Assembly: GCA_965222435.1 (NCBI GenBank)
Contig: OZ244950.1
Span: forward strand, 1,707,273 to 1,771,272
DNA from: Candidatus Poribacteria bacterium
Lineage (GTDB): Bacteria; Poribacteria; WGA-4E; PCPOR2b
Length of the DNA stretch: 64,000 nt
Reading direction: 5' to 3'
Below the pieces are notes generated by a model. That model searched no databases. It worked only from the letters and a program-made list of their open reading frames with translations, and was not told the origin of the DNA. The translations under genes were made by a program, and so were the position numbers. Shown one piece after another: positions 1 through 9,343 of the stretch; the first letter of the stretch is position 1, and each line of letters opens with the position of its first letter.

Positions 1-16
1 AAATGTAGACCCTGAA

Positions 17-1603
17 ATGCTGATGAATATAGAGGGATCCGTCGCCAAGATGGGTGAAGCGAGTGATGAACTCTTTGCCATCAAGCCGAAAGAGGCACTT
101 CCACATGAACAGGACGCTCTCGAACTCCTCACCAAAGCCATGATGGAGCTAGACAAGGTCTTGACGCAAATGCGAGCGGGTGGCAACCAAGCAGCCGCCG
201 ATAATATGGAGATGGACATGGAAGATCTCCAAGATGCCATTGAGCAGGATGAAAACGAGCTGGACGAGCAGATGCAAGAGCAAACGCAAGAACTACTGGA
301 TCAAGCAAGAGACATGCTCGCCCAACAGGAACAACTCACGGAACAAAGCCAGCAGATGGCACGGGAGGGTCAGCCTTCACAGCGAGAGATGCAGCAAAAT
401 AGCCAACAAGAGGGACAGTTGGCAGGACAAGCCCAGCAGATGGCAGAGCAAGCCCAACAGATGGGACAGTCGTCCGGGCAGGGTGCCGGACAAGACAATA
501 CAGGACAACGCATGGCTCAAGCGGGCGAAGCGTTGGAACAGGCATCTGAGAATATGCAGGCAGCATCAGAGAACATGGGAGCTAGACAGCCGCAGATGGG
601 AGCTGCGAAAGGGCAAAAAGCCGAAGAAAACCTTCAGCAGGCGATCGAGGAACTTGAGAAGGTCGCCGCACAGTATACCGATCAAGCCCTCGAAGAAGCA
701 ACCGAAGCAATTGACCAACTTATGGCTGAACAGTCAGAGATACGAGAACAGACAGAAACCCTTGAGGAAGAAACCCGACAGGACGGGGTAGGTGTTGAGG
801 ATCTGCGAAATGCCTCTCAGTTGGCAAACGAGCAGCGAACCCTACGCCGAGACCTTGAACAGCTGCAACGCAGCCTCTCGAATCTGAGGGAGACACTTAA
901 CGAAAACGAACCCCAAGCGGCGCGAAATGTTGCCGACGCAAACCGTCGCCTCATTGAGGAGCAGGCATCTGAAAATATGGAGGATGCACAACGGGCATTG
1001 CAGTGGCGGAACTTCCAATCCTCAGAGCGGGAGCAACAGGAGGTACTCGACACCCTCTTGGAGGCACGAGATGATCTACAACAAGCACGGACAAATCTAG
1101 CGGAGACAGAGGAGGAACGACTCGACGCGGCGTTGGATCAGATCGAAAGTTGGGAATCCCAGATGCAGGACATCCAGCGTGAACTTGAGGCAATGGACAA
1201 TCAGGAAACGCCGCTAACCCCTGAACAGGAGGCACGGCAGCAACAGTTATCTGAGCAGCAGGAGGAGATACAGCAACGCGCCCAAGAAGCAATGGAAGCG
1301 CAGGCACAGGGAGATGCTCAGGGGGATGAAGGGGCACAAGTGGGAGGCGCAGAATCGGATCGCGAAATCAGAGAACTCTGGCTTGACGCAATCCGTGCAA
1401 TGAACAATCGTCCCGGGACACGGAGGGCACCGTTTCCTGTCTACGACCTCTCCCTGCGCGAACTCAGGAAACTTGAACGAGCCATTGAGGAACGCCTCAC
1501 CACAATTCAGGAAAAGAAGCAACTCGCACAGGTGCTTAAAGAAGATGTGCCACCTGAGTACCGGAGCCTAGTCGACCGGTACTATGAGTCTCTCGCAAAG
1601 TGA
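17..1603 (+). CDS. hypothetical Gln/Glu-rich coiled-coil protein
   Basis: 528-aa ORF, in-frame TAG at 5..7 just upstream of the ATG; low-complexity Q/E-rich sequence, no recognisable catalytic motif. Confidence 0.4.
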   Translation: MLMNIEGSVAKMGEASDELFAIKPKEALPHEQDALELLTKAMMELDKVLTQMRAGGNQAAADNMEMDMEDLQDAIEQDENELDEQMQEQTQELLDQARDMLAQQEQLTEQSQQMAREGQPSQREMQQNSQQEGQLAGQAQQMAEQAQQMGQSSGQGAGQDNTGQRMAQAGEALEQASENMQAASENMGARQPQMGAAKGQKAEENLQQAIEELEKVAAQYTDQALEEATEAIDQLMAEQSEIREQTETLEEETRQDGVGVEDLRNASQLANEQRTLRRDLEQLQRSLSNLRETLNENEPQAARNVADANRRLIEEQASENMEDAQRALQWRNFQSSEREQQEVLDTLLEARDDLQQARTNLAETEEERLDAALDQIESWESQMQDIQRELEAMDNQETPLTPEQEARQQQLSEQQEEIQQRAQEAMEAQAQGDAQGDEGAQVGGAESDREIRELWLDAIRAMNNRPGTRRAPFPVYDLSLRELRKLERAIEERLTTIQEKKQLAQVLKEDVPPEYRSLVDRYYESLAK

Positions 1604-1657
1604 AATATGATGCCCGAATTCAAAAGTCAAAACGAACGCATTTGTGGAGGTAATGTT

Positions 1658-2011
1658 ATGTCACTTTTAATTGAGTCTGAACCAACCCCACTAGAGGTAG
1701 ATGCTAACGGTGTTGTTCTTGTTGGCGGGACCCGTATAACGCTCGATACAATTGTAGCTGCGTTTAGCCAAGGTGCAACCGCTGAAGAGATTACCCATCA
1801 GTATCCCTCTCTCCATCTAGCGGATGTGTACGCTGTGATTGGATATTATCTACGGCGACGTGAGGCGGTCGAATCTTATTTGCAACACGGGCAAAAGAGT
1901 GCGGACAGCATACGAAAGCAGAACGAGTCTCGATTTGACTCGAACGGTGTGCGTGACCGTCTTTTAGCTCGGCGCACTAAGCGAGAGACTGATGTTGCGG
2001 CTAGCTGCTGA
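1658..2011 (+). CDS. DUF433 domain protein (antitoxin-like)
   Basis: Core VVLVGGTRITLDTIVAAFSQGATAEEITHQYPSLHLADVYAVIGYY matches the DUF433 pattern; start moved to internal Met (MSLLIESEP) of ORF 1607..2011. Confidence 0.55.
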   Translation: MSLLIESEPTPLEVDANGVVLVGGTRITLDTIVAAFSQGATAEEITHQYPSLHLADVYAVIGYYLRRREAVESYLQHGQKSADSIRKQNESRFDSNGVRDRLLARRTKRETDVAASC

Positions 2012-2177
2012 CGAGAATTCCAGTAATAAGATTTCCCAACTCTACGATGATTTTATACAAGATAGGATTTACGCAGTTGAATGCCCAAAGCCTTGTTGTT
2101 CGATGATACATCAACACACAGCACGGCTCGTAACACCCGATGAATCGGACAACTACAGTAAATCCGTAGGTTTGTAA
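1992..2177 (+). CDS. DUF5615-like fragment, possibly degraded partner of DUF433
   Basis: 61-aa ORF overlapping the DUF433 stop; N-terminus MLRLAADENSS resembles the DUF5615 LxDENLS start, rest atypical. Confidence 0.2.
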   Translation: MLRLAADENSSNKISQLYDDFIQDRIYAVECPKPCCSMIHQHTARLVTPDESDNYSKSVGL

Positions 2178-2265
2178 TGGGGCGATTTATCGCCTGTGGT
2201 AATGCGCAATGAATTGCGCTACTGCAAACTGAAGTGCGTAACTCCTACAAGAAAAGGATCTATAT

Positions 2266-3084
2266 ATGAAAGATACCGAAGCCGTTACCCTTACCCCCGC
2301 ACAACGGCTGCATTTCGACATCTACGGTTTTGTACTATTGGAAAACGTCTTGACCCCCGATGAAGTGGCTCGCATGAAGGACGCGCTCCATCGAATGAAA
2401 GCCGATCCGGACCTCGAGTCCAAGCGGGTCTACACCCATCAGCGTGGTGAACACCATGTCCTGCTGGGCAATCTGGTGGAGTATGACCCTGCCCTGCTGG
2501 AATATGCCGCCCATCCCAAACTGGTGCCGCTCGTTGAGGAGGTAGTCGGTGGCAAGGTGCGCCTTGAGGAGACTGAGGCGATTATCAACCGCAGAGATCC
2601 GGAAGCGGATATCGAGGAACTTCACAAACGACGCTATAACCCCACCGGATTGCATCGTGGGACACAGCACGGCTGGGGAACTTACATCGAACAGAGCAAA
2701 TTTCACTGTATCTTCGTTAAGACGCTGACCTATCTCACTGATGTGGGACCCGACGACGGGGGCACCTGCTTTATCCCCGGCAGCCACCGGCTCACTTGGG
2801 ATAGGGAAGAGATGATCGAAGCCGCCCTCTCTGATGACAACCTGATCTATCAGGTAGAGGCAACCGCTGGCTCGACCTTGCTCTTTCCGGAGTCACTCAT
2901 CCACAGCACGACCGCCATCCGCAGCGACAAGGAACGCACAATCCTAGTCGCTGGCTATACGCCGCCGATGGTGCGCGAATGGCCCGGAAACGAGATCAGC
3001 CCTGAGTTCGTCGAAACCCTACCCGAAGATATTAAGCCGCTTATCTCCGGAAGCGATAGCTGGCGTTGGGAAAGACGGTATTGA
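2266..3084 (+). CDS. phytanoyl-CoA dioxygenase (PhyH) family Fe(II)/2-oxoglutarate oxygenase
   Basis: 272 aa; LTDVGPDDGGTCFIPGSHRL and later HSTTA motifs typical of PhyH-like dioxygenases. Confidence 0.7.
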   Translation: MKDTEAVTLTPAQRLHFDIYGFVLLENVLTPDEVARMKDALHRMKADPDLESKRVYTHQRGEHHVLLGNLVEYDPALLEYAAHPKLVPLVEEVVGGKVRLEETEAIINRRDPEADIEELHKRRYNPTGLHRGTQHGWGTYIEQSKFHCIFVKTLTYLTDVGPDDGGTCFIPGSHRLTWDREEMIEAALSDDNLIYQVEATAGSTLLFPESLIHSTTAIRSDKERTILVAGYTPPMVREWPGNEISPEFVETLPEDIKPLISGSDSWRWERRY

Positions 3085-3125
3085 TAATCACTTAATCCGA
3101 AATGATACAAGAGAGGACTGAATAA

Positions 3126-3434
3126 ATGCCAAACGTTAAAATGTATACAACTGGTTTTTGCCCATACTGTTACAAGGCAAAAGATATCCTTGACAGTAAG
3201 GGAATCGAATTTGAAGAAATCAACATTCAGGGAAAGCCCGGGATGCGCGATGAAATCGAAAAGCTAACGGGGCGCCGCGATGTACCGCAAATCTTTATTG
3301 ACGACCAACACATCGGCGATGATGATGATTTAGCCGAACTCGCAGAATCGGGGAAACTGAATGAAATTTTCAACATAGAAGGAGAAACAGATGGCAGAGA
3401 TAAAAAACGGAAGCGATGGTTTGGAAGAGCGTAA
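3126..3434 (+). CDS. glutaredoxin
   Basis: 102 aa; CPYC active site near N-terminus (YTTGFCPYCYKAKDIL), RDVPQIFIDDQHIGD motif. Confidence 0.75.
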   Translation: MPNVKMYTTGFCPYCYKAKDILDSKGIEFEEINIQGKPGMRDEIEKLTGRRDVPQIFIDDQHIGDDDDLAELAESGKLNEIFNIEGETDGRDKKRKRWFGRA

Positions 3435-4359
3435 TATCGTCATTATCGGTGGCGGCACGGCGGGTTTCGCCGCAGGGGTCTACACCTCACGGGCAATGCT
3501 GGAGCCGCTGCTCATCACCGGAGACGCACTCGGTGGGCAACTCTCACTGACGCTTGATCTTGAGAATTATCCGGGCTTCTTCGGGACCGAGGCCGCAGAA
3601 TTTATCACAGGGATGCAGAAACAAGCCGAGCGTTTTGGGACAGAGGTAAAGTTTGACATGGTAACGGAAGTGGACTTCAATCGCCACCCGTTCTACCTGA
3701 AGACCTATGACCAAGAGTACCTCGCCAAATCGGTTATTATTTGTACCGGTGCCTCCCCACGGACACTCAATATCCCCGGCGAGGAAGGGTACGGCGGACG
3801 TGGCGTCTCCTACTGCGCTACCTGCGATGGATTCTTTTTCCAGAACCAACGCCTCATCGTTGTCGGTGGCGGCGACGCCGCCCTTGAGGAGGGGATATTT
3901 CTGACAAAGTATGCGTCGGAGGTCTATGTCGTTCACCGCCGAGATCAGCTTCGCGCCAGCCAAATTATGCAGGAACGTGCCTTCAAGAACGATAAAATCA
4001 AGTTCATCTGGGATACGGTTGTCGAAGAGATCCAAGGGGACGACGAAAAGGTTACCGGTGCGCTGCTCAGAAACGTGAAGACCGACGAAAAGCAGGTGTT
4101 TCCGATTGATGGTGTATTTATCTTTATCGGACATATCCCGAACACCGATCTATTCAAAGGTGTGATCGACATGGATGAACAGGAGTACATCGTGGTGGAC
4201 AAACTCCAACGCACCAATATCGACGGTGTTTTTGCAGCAGGTGATGTACATGACCATATCTTCCGTCAAGCGATCACAGCGGCGGGTGCCGGTGCCGCGG
4301 CGGCTATCTCATCGGAGAAGTTCATCGCTGAATTGGAGAACCGCGCCTATCCGGGATAG
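3391..4359 (+). CDS. trxB: thioredoxin-disulfide reductase
   Basis: IVIIGGGTAGFAAG FAD-binding motif and CATCDGFFF redox-active disulfide motif; start uncertain (overlaps glutaredoxin 3' end, a TTG at about 3421 is an alternative). Confidence 0.8.
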   Translation: MAEIKNGSDGLEERNIVIIGGGTAGFAAGVYTSRAMLEPLLITGDALGGQLSLTLDLENYPGFFGTEAAEFITGMQKQAERFGTEVKFDMVTEVDFNRHPFYLKTYDQEYLAKSVIICTGASPRTLNIPGEEGYGGRGVSYCATCDGFFFQNQRLIVVGGGDAALEEGIFLTKYASEVYVVHRRDQLRASQIMQERAFKNDKIKFIWDTVVEEIQGDDEKVTGALLRNVKTDEKQVFPIDGVFIFIGHIPNTDLFKGVIDMDEQEYIVVDKLQRTNIDGVFAAGDVHDHIFRQAITAAGAGAAAAISSEKFIAELENRAYPG

Positions 4360-4413
4360 TAGGCATTTTAACACAAATCGCCAAAAAGGCGTACTTTAGT
4401 TAAGGAAAAGATT

Positions 4414-5979
4414 ATGAAGGGAAAGAAAAAATCGTTACGGTTGGGGCGTGTCTTGTGCACTCTCCTTATGGCGTCGTTGATTCTCCTACTCTGCGGAATA
4501 CCGGTGGCAAATGCACAAACGTCCCAGCAAATCGCCAAAAAAGCACTAGCAGCGACGGTGCTCTTAGTCATGGAAGACGCTAATAGCCGGCCGCTTTCAA
4601 TCGGTAGTGGATTCTTCGTGCAACCCAACCAGATTGTAACCAACTTTGACGTTATCGAAGGTGCCGTTAAGGGCTACGCAAAACGCGTGGGTGAAAAAAC
4701 GAAACGCGACATTGAAGGTGTCACCGGATTTGACGAGCAAGGGACTCTGGTTATACTAAAGGTGTCGGGCTCTGATGTTCAGCCGCTTCCCCTAGGCGAT
4801 AGTAACAAGGTTGGGATTGGTGAGACCGTTTATGTCGCGAGCAATCCAAAAGGAGATTTGGAAGGCACATTCTCGAAGGGCCTTATTAGTGGACTTCAAG
4901 GGGATTCAACCAACAAACAACTCCAGATGACGGTTCTGATTTATCCAGCGAGTAGTGGAGGTCCCGTGCTAAACGGAATGGGTGAAGTGATAGGTGTTTC
5001 GGTGGCAACCTTCCGCAGAGGGCAGAATCTTAGTTTTGCCATTCCTTCAAACGATCTCACAGCACTCGCCGCTACAGTTGGCCCCGCGATACCGTTGTCG
5101 AAATGGCAACAACTTATGTCTTCCGCTATAGGCAATTTGAAGGGGATTTTTAGCGATTATAAGGGTGCTATCGCTGACTTGGACACTGCTATCCGACTTG
5201 ACCCTGATAATTTCTTTGCTTACTTTAACCGGGGAGTTGCCAAGGGTGAGTTGGGTGATTATAAGGGTGCCATCGTTGATTTTGATACCGCTATCCGACT
5301 CAAACCCGATTATGCCGCTGCCTACTTTAATCGGGGAACTATCAAAGTAAAATTAGGACAACACTTCGCCGCTATCGCCGACTATGATACTGCTATCCGA
5401 CTTAAACCCGATTATGCCAAAGCCTACGATAGTCGGGGGACTGCCAAGGCAGCATTAGGACAACATTTCGCCGCTATCACCGACTATGATACTGCTATCC
5501 GACTCAAACCCGATGGTGTCATTGCCTACTTTAATCGGGGAACTACCAAGGCAGAATTAGGACAACACTTCGCCGCCATCGCCGACTATGATACTGCCAT
5601 CCGACTCAAATCCGATTATGCCGCTGCCTACGGTAATCGGGGGATTGTCAAGGCAGAATTAGGACAACACTTCGCCGCTATCACCGACTATGATATTGCC
5701 ATCCGGCTTAAACCTGATAATGTCATTAACTACCTTAATCGAGGAAATGCGAAGGCAGAATTAGGACAATATTCCGATGCTATCACTGACTACGATACCG
5801 TCATCCGACTCAAATCCGATTTTGCCAAAGCCTATTATAATCGGGGATTGGCAAAGTACGGCTTGAGTCGGTCCATGGAGGCAAAGCAAGATTTTCAAAC
5901 GGCATTGAAACATGCGGATCAGGCTGGCGATGCGCTTCTCAAAACCCAAATTGAGTCGGCGATTCGAGACCTCCACTAG
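4414..5979 (+). CDS. secreted trypsin-like serine protease with C-terminal TPR repeats
   Basis: N-terminal signal peptide; S1-like motifs (GSGFFV, PASSGGPVLN); about seven consecutive 34-aa TPR units (AIADYDTAIRLKPDYAAAYFNRG...). Confidence 0.65.
   Translation: MKGKKKSLRLGRVLCTLLMASLILLLCGIPVANAQTSQQIAKKALAATVLLVMEDANSRPLSIGSGFFVQPNQIVTNFDVIEGAVKGYAKRVGEKTKRDIEGVTGFDEQGTLVILKVSGSDVQPLPLGDSNKVGIGETVYVASNPKGDLEGTFSKGLISGLQGDSTNKQLQMTVLIYPASSGGPVLNGMGEVIGVSVATFRRGQNLSFAIPSNDLTALAATVGPAIPLSKWQQLMSSAIGNLKGIFSDYKGAIADLDTAIRLDPDNFFAYFNRGVAKGELGDYKGAIVDFDTAIRLKPDYAAAYFNRGTIKVKLGQHFAAIADYDTAIRLKPDYAKAYDSRGTAKAALGQHFAAITDYDTAIRLKPDGVIAYFNRGTTKAELGQHFAAIADYDTAIRLKSDYAAAYGNRGIVKAELGQHFAAITDYDIAIRLKPDNVINYLNRGNAKAELGQYSDAITDYDTVIRLKSDFAKAYYNRGLAKYGLSRSMEAKQDFQTALKHADQAGDALLKTQIESAIRDLH
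5150..5870 (+). repeat. tandem ~102-bp repeats encoding TPR units
   Basis: Near-identical 102-nt units visible at nucleotide level (gctatccgactcaaacccgat... recurring), in-frame within the protease gene. Confidence 0.6.
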
Positions 5980-6084
5980 CGAGGCAGTAATACCACACAA
6001 AAGGGGAACTTGGAATTCTTGACTTTGAGATAGTGGAATGATGTTGTCTAACAAGCCATTGGAAAGTGAAACAACGATGGAACA

Positions 6085-6963
6085 GTGTTTGATGAAGGGA
6101 GCGCGTTGATTGTGATTTTCTATAAATACGTTACCGCAGAACGAATTGATATTCTTCAAAATCGCCTAATCCGGTTCACGCAACCTGACGCGTTGAATGA
6201 TCCCTTTGAAGCTAAACCGCATTTCCACGCATTCGCAACAAAGGCGGGGCTTGCAAGTGCCTTTGCAGATATGATTAGGCAGGCTCCTACTGTTGTATGG
6301 GAAGACTTCCGGAGAGTAACACAAACCAACTTAGATCGACGAGCGTTCGCTGATAAACTTGAGGGAGATCCCGATTATGCTGATTGGCTATATAAGAATG
6401 TTGGTTTGCCGGACCCCCTTCCTAAGGAACGGAAAAAAGTGAGGAAATGGTTTAAGGTTGTAGGCATCCTATCCCTTTCCGAAACATGGGATAATCTGCT
6501 CATGTGGGCACACTATGCCGAAGAACACACCGGTTTTGTTCTTATGCTTGACGGTTCCCATGATTTCTTCAAAGGAGATAATTCTTTACTTGGGTTTGCA
6601 AAACCTGAACGTGTTGAATACAAATCGGAGCGTCCGAGTACAACAATTGAAGAGGTAACCGTGCCAGAGATCTTCCTGACTAAAGGTTTCGATTGGAAAT
6701 ATGAGAAAGAGTGGCGGTATTTGAAGTACCTCAACGGTGCGGACGAGCGACGCGAGGAACCCAATACTTATCCTGTGGAGCTCTTCAGGTTGCCCCTCAA
6801 GTGCATAAGGGGTGTAATCCTTGGGTGTCGCAGATCTAAAGAATTAGAAAATAACATCGTTGCCTTACGACGCGATGATCCGGAGTTTGGGCACTTGCAA
6901 ATCCTACAAGCACGTGCATCTACAAGGCGTTACCGGCTAGGGATAGAGGAAATAAAAACCTAA
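6085..6963 (+). CDS. DUF2971 family protein
   Basis: N-terminal FYKY...LNDPFE motif followed by LSLSETWDNLLMWAHYAEEHTGFVLMLD, characteristic of DUF2971. Confidence 0.5.
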   Translation: MFDEGSALIVIFYKYVTAERIDILQNRLIRFTQPDALNDPFEAKPHFHAFATKAGLASAFADMIRQAPTVVWEDFRRVTQTNLDRRAFADKLEGDPDYADWLYKNVGLPDPLPKERKKVRKWFKVVGILSLSETWDNLLMWAHYAEEHTGFVLMLDGSHDFFKGDNSLLGFAKPERVEYKSERPSTTIEEVTVPEIFLTKGFDWKYEKEWRYLKYLNGADERREEPNTYPVELFRLPLKCIRGVILGCRRSKELENNIVALRRDDPEFGHLQILQARASTRRYRLGIEEIKT

Positions 6964-7112
6964 CCTGCCCTTGCACCTCCCTGCTTTAATACTTTATCAC
7001 GATAGAAGGAGATCAAAACGATGATAGATTATATGGTTCCAATCCTTCGCATCGCTCAGTCTGAGGATGAAGATCCAATCTTTTTCAAGCATACCAGACA
7101 AGGAAAAAAAAG

Positions 7113-8246
7113 ATGTTAAAAATTATTGACAACGGCATCATTTCCCACCAGAAAGAGCGGGGAGCGTACATGCCCGTGATCACCCCCCTCACAGACGGTA
7201 GTTTCATCGCCTGTCAGCATGTCGGGCAGGGGCTAGGCACACCGGACAATCATATCGAGATACTTCGTTCAATGGATGGGGGCGCAACATGGGTCAATGA
7301 AGGGAGCATCCATCCCGGCGGCACGCCTATTGCTTTGAATCCCGATGAAATCGGGGCGGACGGATGGTCTTATCGGGGTCCAAAGATTAGCGAGGTTCCA
7401 GACGGTCGCTTGGTGATGAACGCTACCCGTTTCGAGAACGAGGGCGGCACGCTCTTTGACACGGAATCGGAAGCCTTGCAGCGTCCGGAGATTCTGCTGT
7501 TCTGGTCAGAAGATCAAGGCAAAACGTGGTCAGAACCGCAGGTCGTGCCGGTAGACCTACCGCCCGAAAAATACACATGGAACGGGGCTGGACCTCTCTT
7601 GCAACTCGTGCCGGATCGGTGGATGTACCCCCTCGAAACGTGGAAGCCCGAAGGCTATGAAGGTCCTCCCGATCAGAAGGCAGCGGCTGTATTCTCCGCA
7701 GATCAGGGAGAAACGTGGGGAGAGTTCACCGTCGTCGCAGATGACCTCACAGGCGCGTTGCTCTGGTGGGATCAGATGTGCGCCTTGTTACCGGATGGAC
7801 GCATCTATACCCTAATCTGGACGCACCAGTACGGAACCTCCGAGGACTTGACGAACCACTGGGTGATCTCTGAAGACGGTGGACGTACTTGGTCCGAACC
7901 CCGACCGACAAATCTGCGCGGTCAGGTCTGCACCCCCATCCCGCTGCCCGACGGTCGCGTGGCGGCAATCTACAATTTCCGACACGAACCCCAAGGCATC
8001 CATGTGGCACTGACCGAAGACCTTGAGAATTTCGACGTAGAGAACGAGGTCGTGGTCTTTGATGCAGGAAAAGAGGCAACCCTCGGCGAACCTGAGAACG
8101 AGAACTTCCTCGCTGAACACATGCAGATCGCTTTTGGCAAGCCCGGTGGGACAACCCTGCCGGACGGGGATGTGATGACCTATTTCTGGTGTACTGTGGC
8201 GGGAGTCACCCATACGCGCTGGGTGAAATTGCGATTGGAAGGCTAA
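7113..8246 (+). CDS. BNR/Asp-box repeat protein (sialidase-like glycosidase)
   Basis: Four Asp-box motifs S/D-x-D-x-G-x-T-W (MDGGATW, DQGKTWSEP, DQGETWGEF, DGGRTWSEP). Confidence 0.65.
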   Translation: MLKIIDNGIISHQKERGAYMPVITPLTDGSFIACQHVGQGLGTPDNHIEILRSMDGGATWVNEGSIHPGGTPIALNPDEIGADGWSYRGPKISEVPDGRLVMNATRFENEGGTLFDTESEALQRPEILLFWSEDQGKTWSEPQVVPVDLPPEKYTWNGAGPLLQLVPDRWMYPLETWKPEGYEGPPDQKAAAVFSADQGETWGEFTVVADDLTGALLWWDQMCALLPDGRIYTLIWTHQYGTSEDLTNHWVISEDGGRTWSEPRPTNLRGQVCTPIPLPDGRVAAIYNFRHEPQGIHVALTEDLENFDVENEVVVFDAGKEATLGEPENENFLAEHMQIAFGKPGGTTLPDGDVMTYFWCTVAGVTHTRWVKLRLEG

Positions 8247-8253
8247 TAAAAGG

Positions 8254-8309
8254 GAAACCGAGTTTTTTCCCCGGTCACGGGATCCTCTCGGACTTGAAAA
8301 CTCGGTTTC
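8254..8309. terminator. palindromic hairpin (gaaaccgagtttt...aaaactcggtttc) followed by T-rich run
   Basis: 13-bp inverted repeat with extended loop, 8 nt after the BNR gene stop, then tttctttctt; member of a recurrent hairpin family (see 12439, 33510). Confidence 0.4.
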
Positions 8310-8381
8310 TTTCTTCCGCTATCGGTTTTTGTTGTATGCTTTCTTAACACGAGCTAGCAATGATAGAAAGGAACAGTTCAG

Positions 8382-9143
8382 ATGGATTGGCAAAAGGATT
8401 CACAACAACTCAAAGATGCCTTTGACCGAGATGGATTTGTGGTCATTCCCGGTTTCTACACCCCGGAAGAGACAGCGGCGTTAAACGCTCATATTGATCG
8501 GTTCATTGCGGAGACGTTGCCCGGATTGCCGTCGGACGCAGCCTTTTACGAAGCCAAGGGGCAGACCGAAAGCATTATGCGGTTACAGGGCATGGCGTCT
8601 TACGACAGCCATTTCAAGGAACTTACCGAGAGCGATCGGTTTGCCAAGCTGGCGGAATTGCTGCTAGACGATGGGGTTATAAGTAAAAATATGGAGTGGT
8701 TCACGAAACCCGCCCGCAGCGGTGCAGAGACGCCACCCCATCAAGATGGGTTCTACTTCATGCTCGAACCAAACGAGGCACTGACGTTGTGGCTGGCATT
8801 GGATACGGTGAATGATGAGAACGGCTGTATCCACTATGCACGGGGTTCTCACCGCCGAGGCATGAGACCCCACCGACAGACAGCCGTGTTCGGGTTCTCC
8901 CTAGGAGTTACGGACTACGACGAAGCGGATTATCAAGAGGAAGCAGCCATCCATGCCGCGCCGGGCGATATGATCGTGCATCACTGCATGACGATTCATC
9001 GCGCAGGTTCCAACCCCACCACGAACCCGCGCCGGGCACTGGGGCTTGTCTATTATGCTCAACGTGCTAAGGCGGATGCAGAACGTCAGGCGGCGTACAA
9101 GAAAGAGCTAATGGAACTATGGGAAAAAGAGGGGAAACTTTAG
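8382..9143 (+). CDS. phytanoyl-CoA dioxygenase family protein
   Basis: 253 aa; PhyH-like pattern (FVVIPGFYTPEE, HQDGFYF, IHYARGSHR, HHCMTIHRAGSN). Confidence 0.7.
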   Translation: MDWQKDSQQLKDAFDRDGFVVIPGFYTPEETAALNAHIDRFIAETLPGLPSDAAFYEAKGQTESIMRLQGMASYDSHFKELTESDRFAKLAELLLDDGVISKNMEWFTKPARSGAETPPHQDGFYFMLEPNEALTLWLALDTVNDENGCIHYARGSHRRGMRPHRQTAVFGFSLGVTDYDEADYQEEAAIHAAPGDMIVHHCMTIHRAGSNPTTNPRRALGLVYYAQRAKADAERQAAYKKELMELWEKEGKL

Positions 9144-9199
9144 AGGTTAGGGCTTGTGCATTTCAGTTCCAAAAGTGAGGTCGGACGCAGACTTCGCTG

Positions 9200-9343
9200 A
9201 TTTTCGCAGATTGCTTTGAACCCCGATCTCATCGGGGAAAAACAGAAAGGCTCATATAAAAAGAAAGTGCAAAATGCGAAGCGAAATTGTAGGGGCGGGG
9301 TCTCCCCGCCCGTAGTACGGGTTGGGGGACCCAACCCCTACAA
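9200..9343. repeat. composite intergenic repeat block (hairpin repeat + GTAG-flanked palindromes, REP/BIME-like)
   Basis: ttgctttgaaccccgatctcatcgggg at 9200..9226; gtagg-ggcgggg...ccccgcc-cgtag followed by gggttggg-gga-cccaaccc-ctac; homologous copies elsewhere in window. Confidence 0.5.

Noticed and set aside
180-791. Long alternative-frame and antisense ORFs inside well-supported genes (e.g. 180..791, 3544..4134, 13363..13683, 36291..36782, 57259..58335, 58584..59180)
   Set aside because: Each overlaps a gene with clear family motifs on the other strand or frame; their translations are low-complexity or Arg/Pro/Ser-rich, as expected for shadow ORFs.
5150-5870. Possible CRISPR array suggested by regular tandem repeats
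   Set aside because: The repeats are 102 bp, in-frame and encode TPR units within a long ORF; there are no short unique spacers between conserved repeats. The same reasoning applies to the 66-bp LRR repeats at about 26380..26900.
9288-9343. tRNA-like structure in the GTAG-flanked hairpins
   Set aside because: No T-loop-like GGTTCGAATCC sequence, no cloverleaf and no acceptor-stem pairing; the layout fits palindromic repeats rather than a tRNA.
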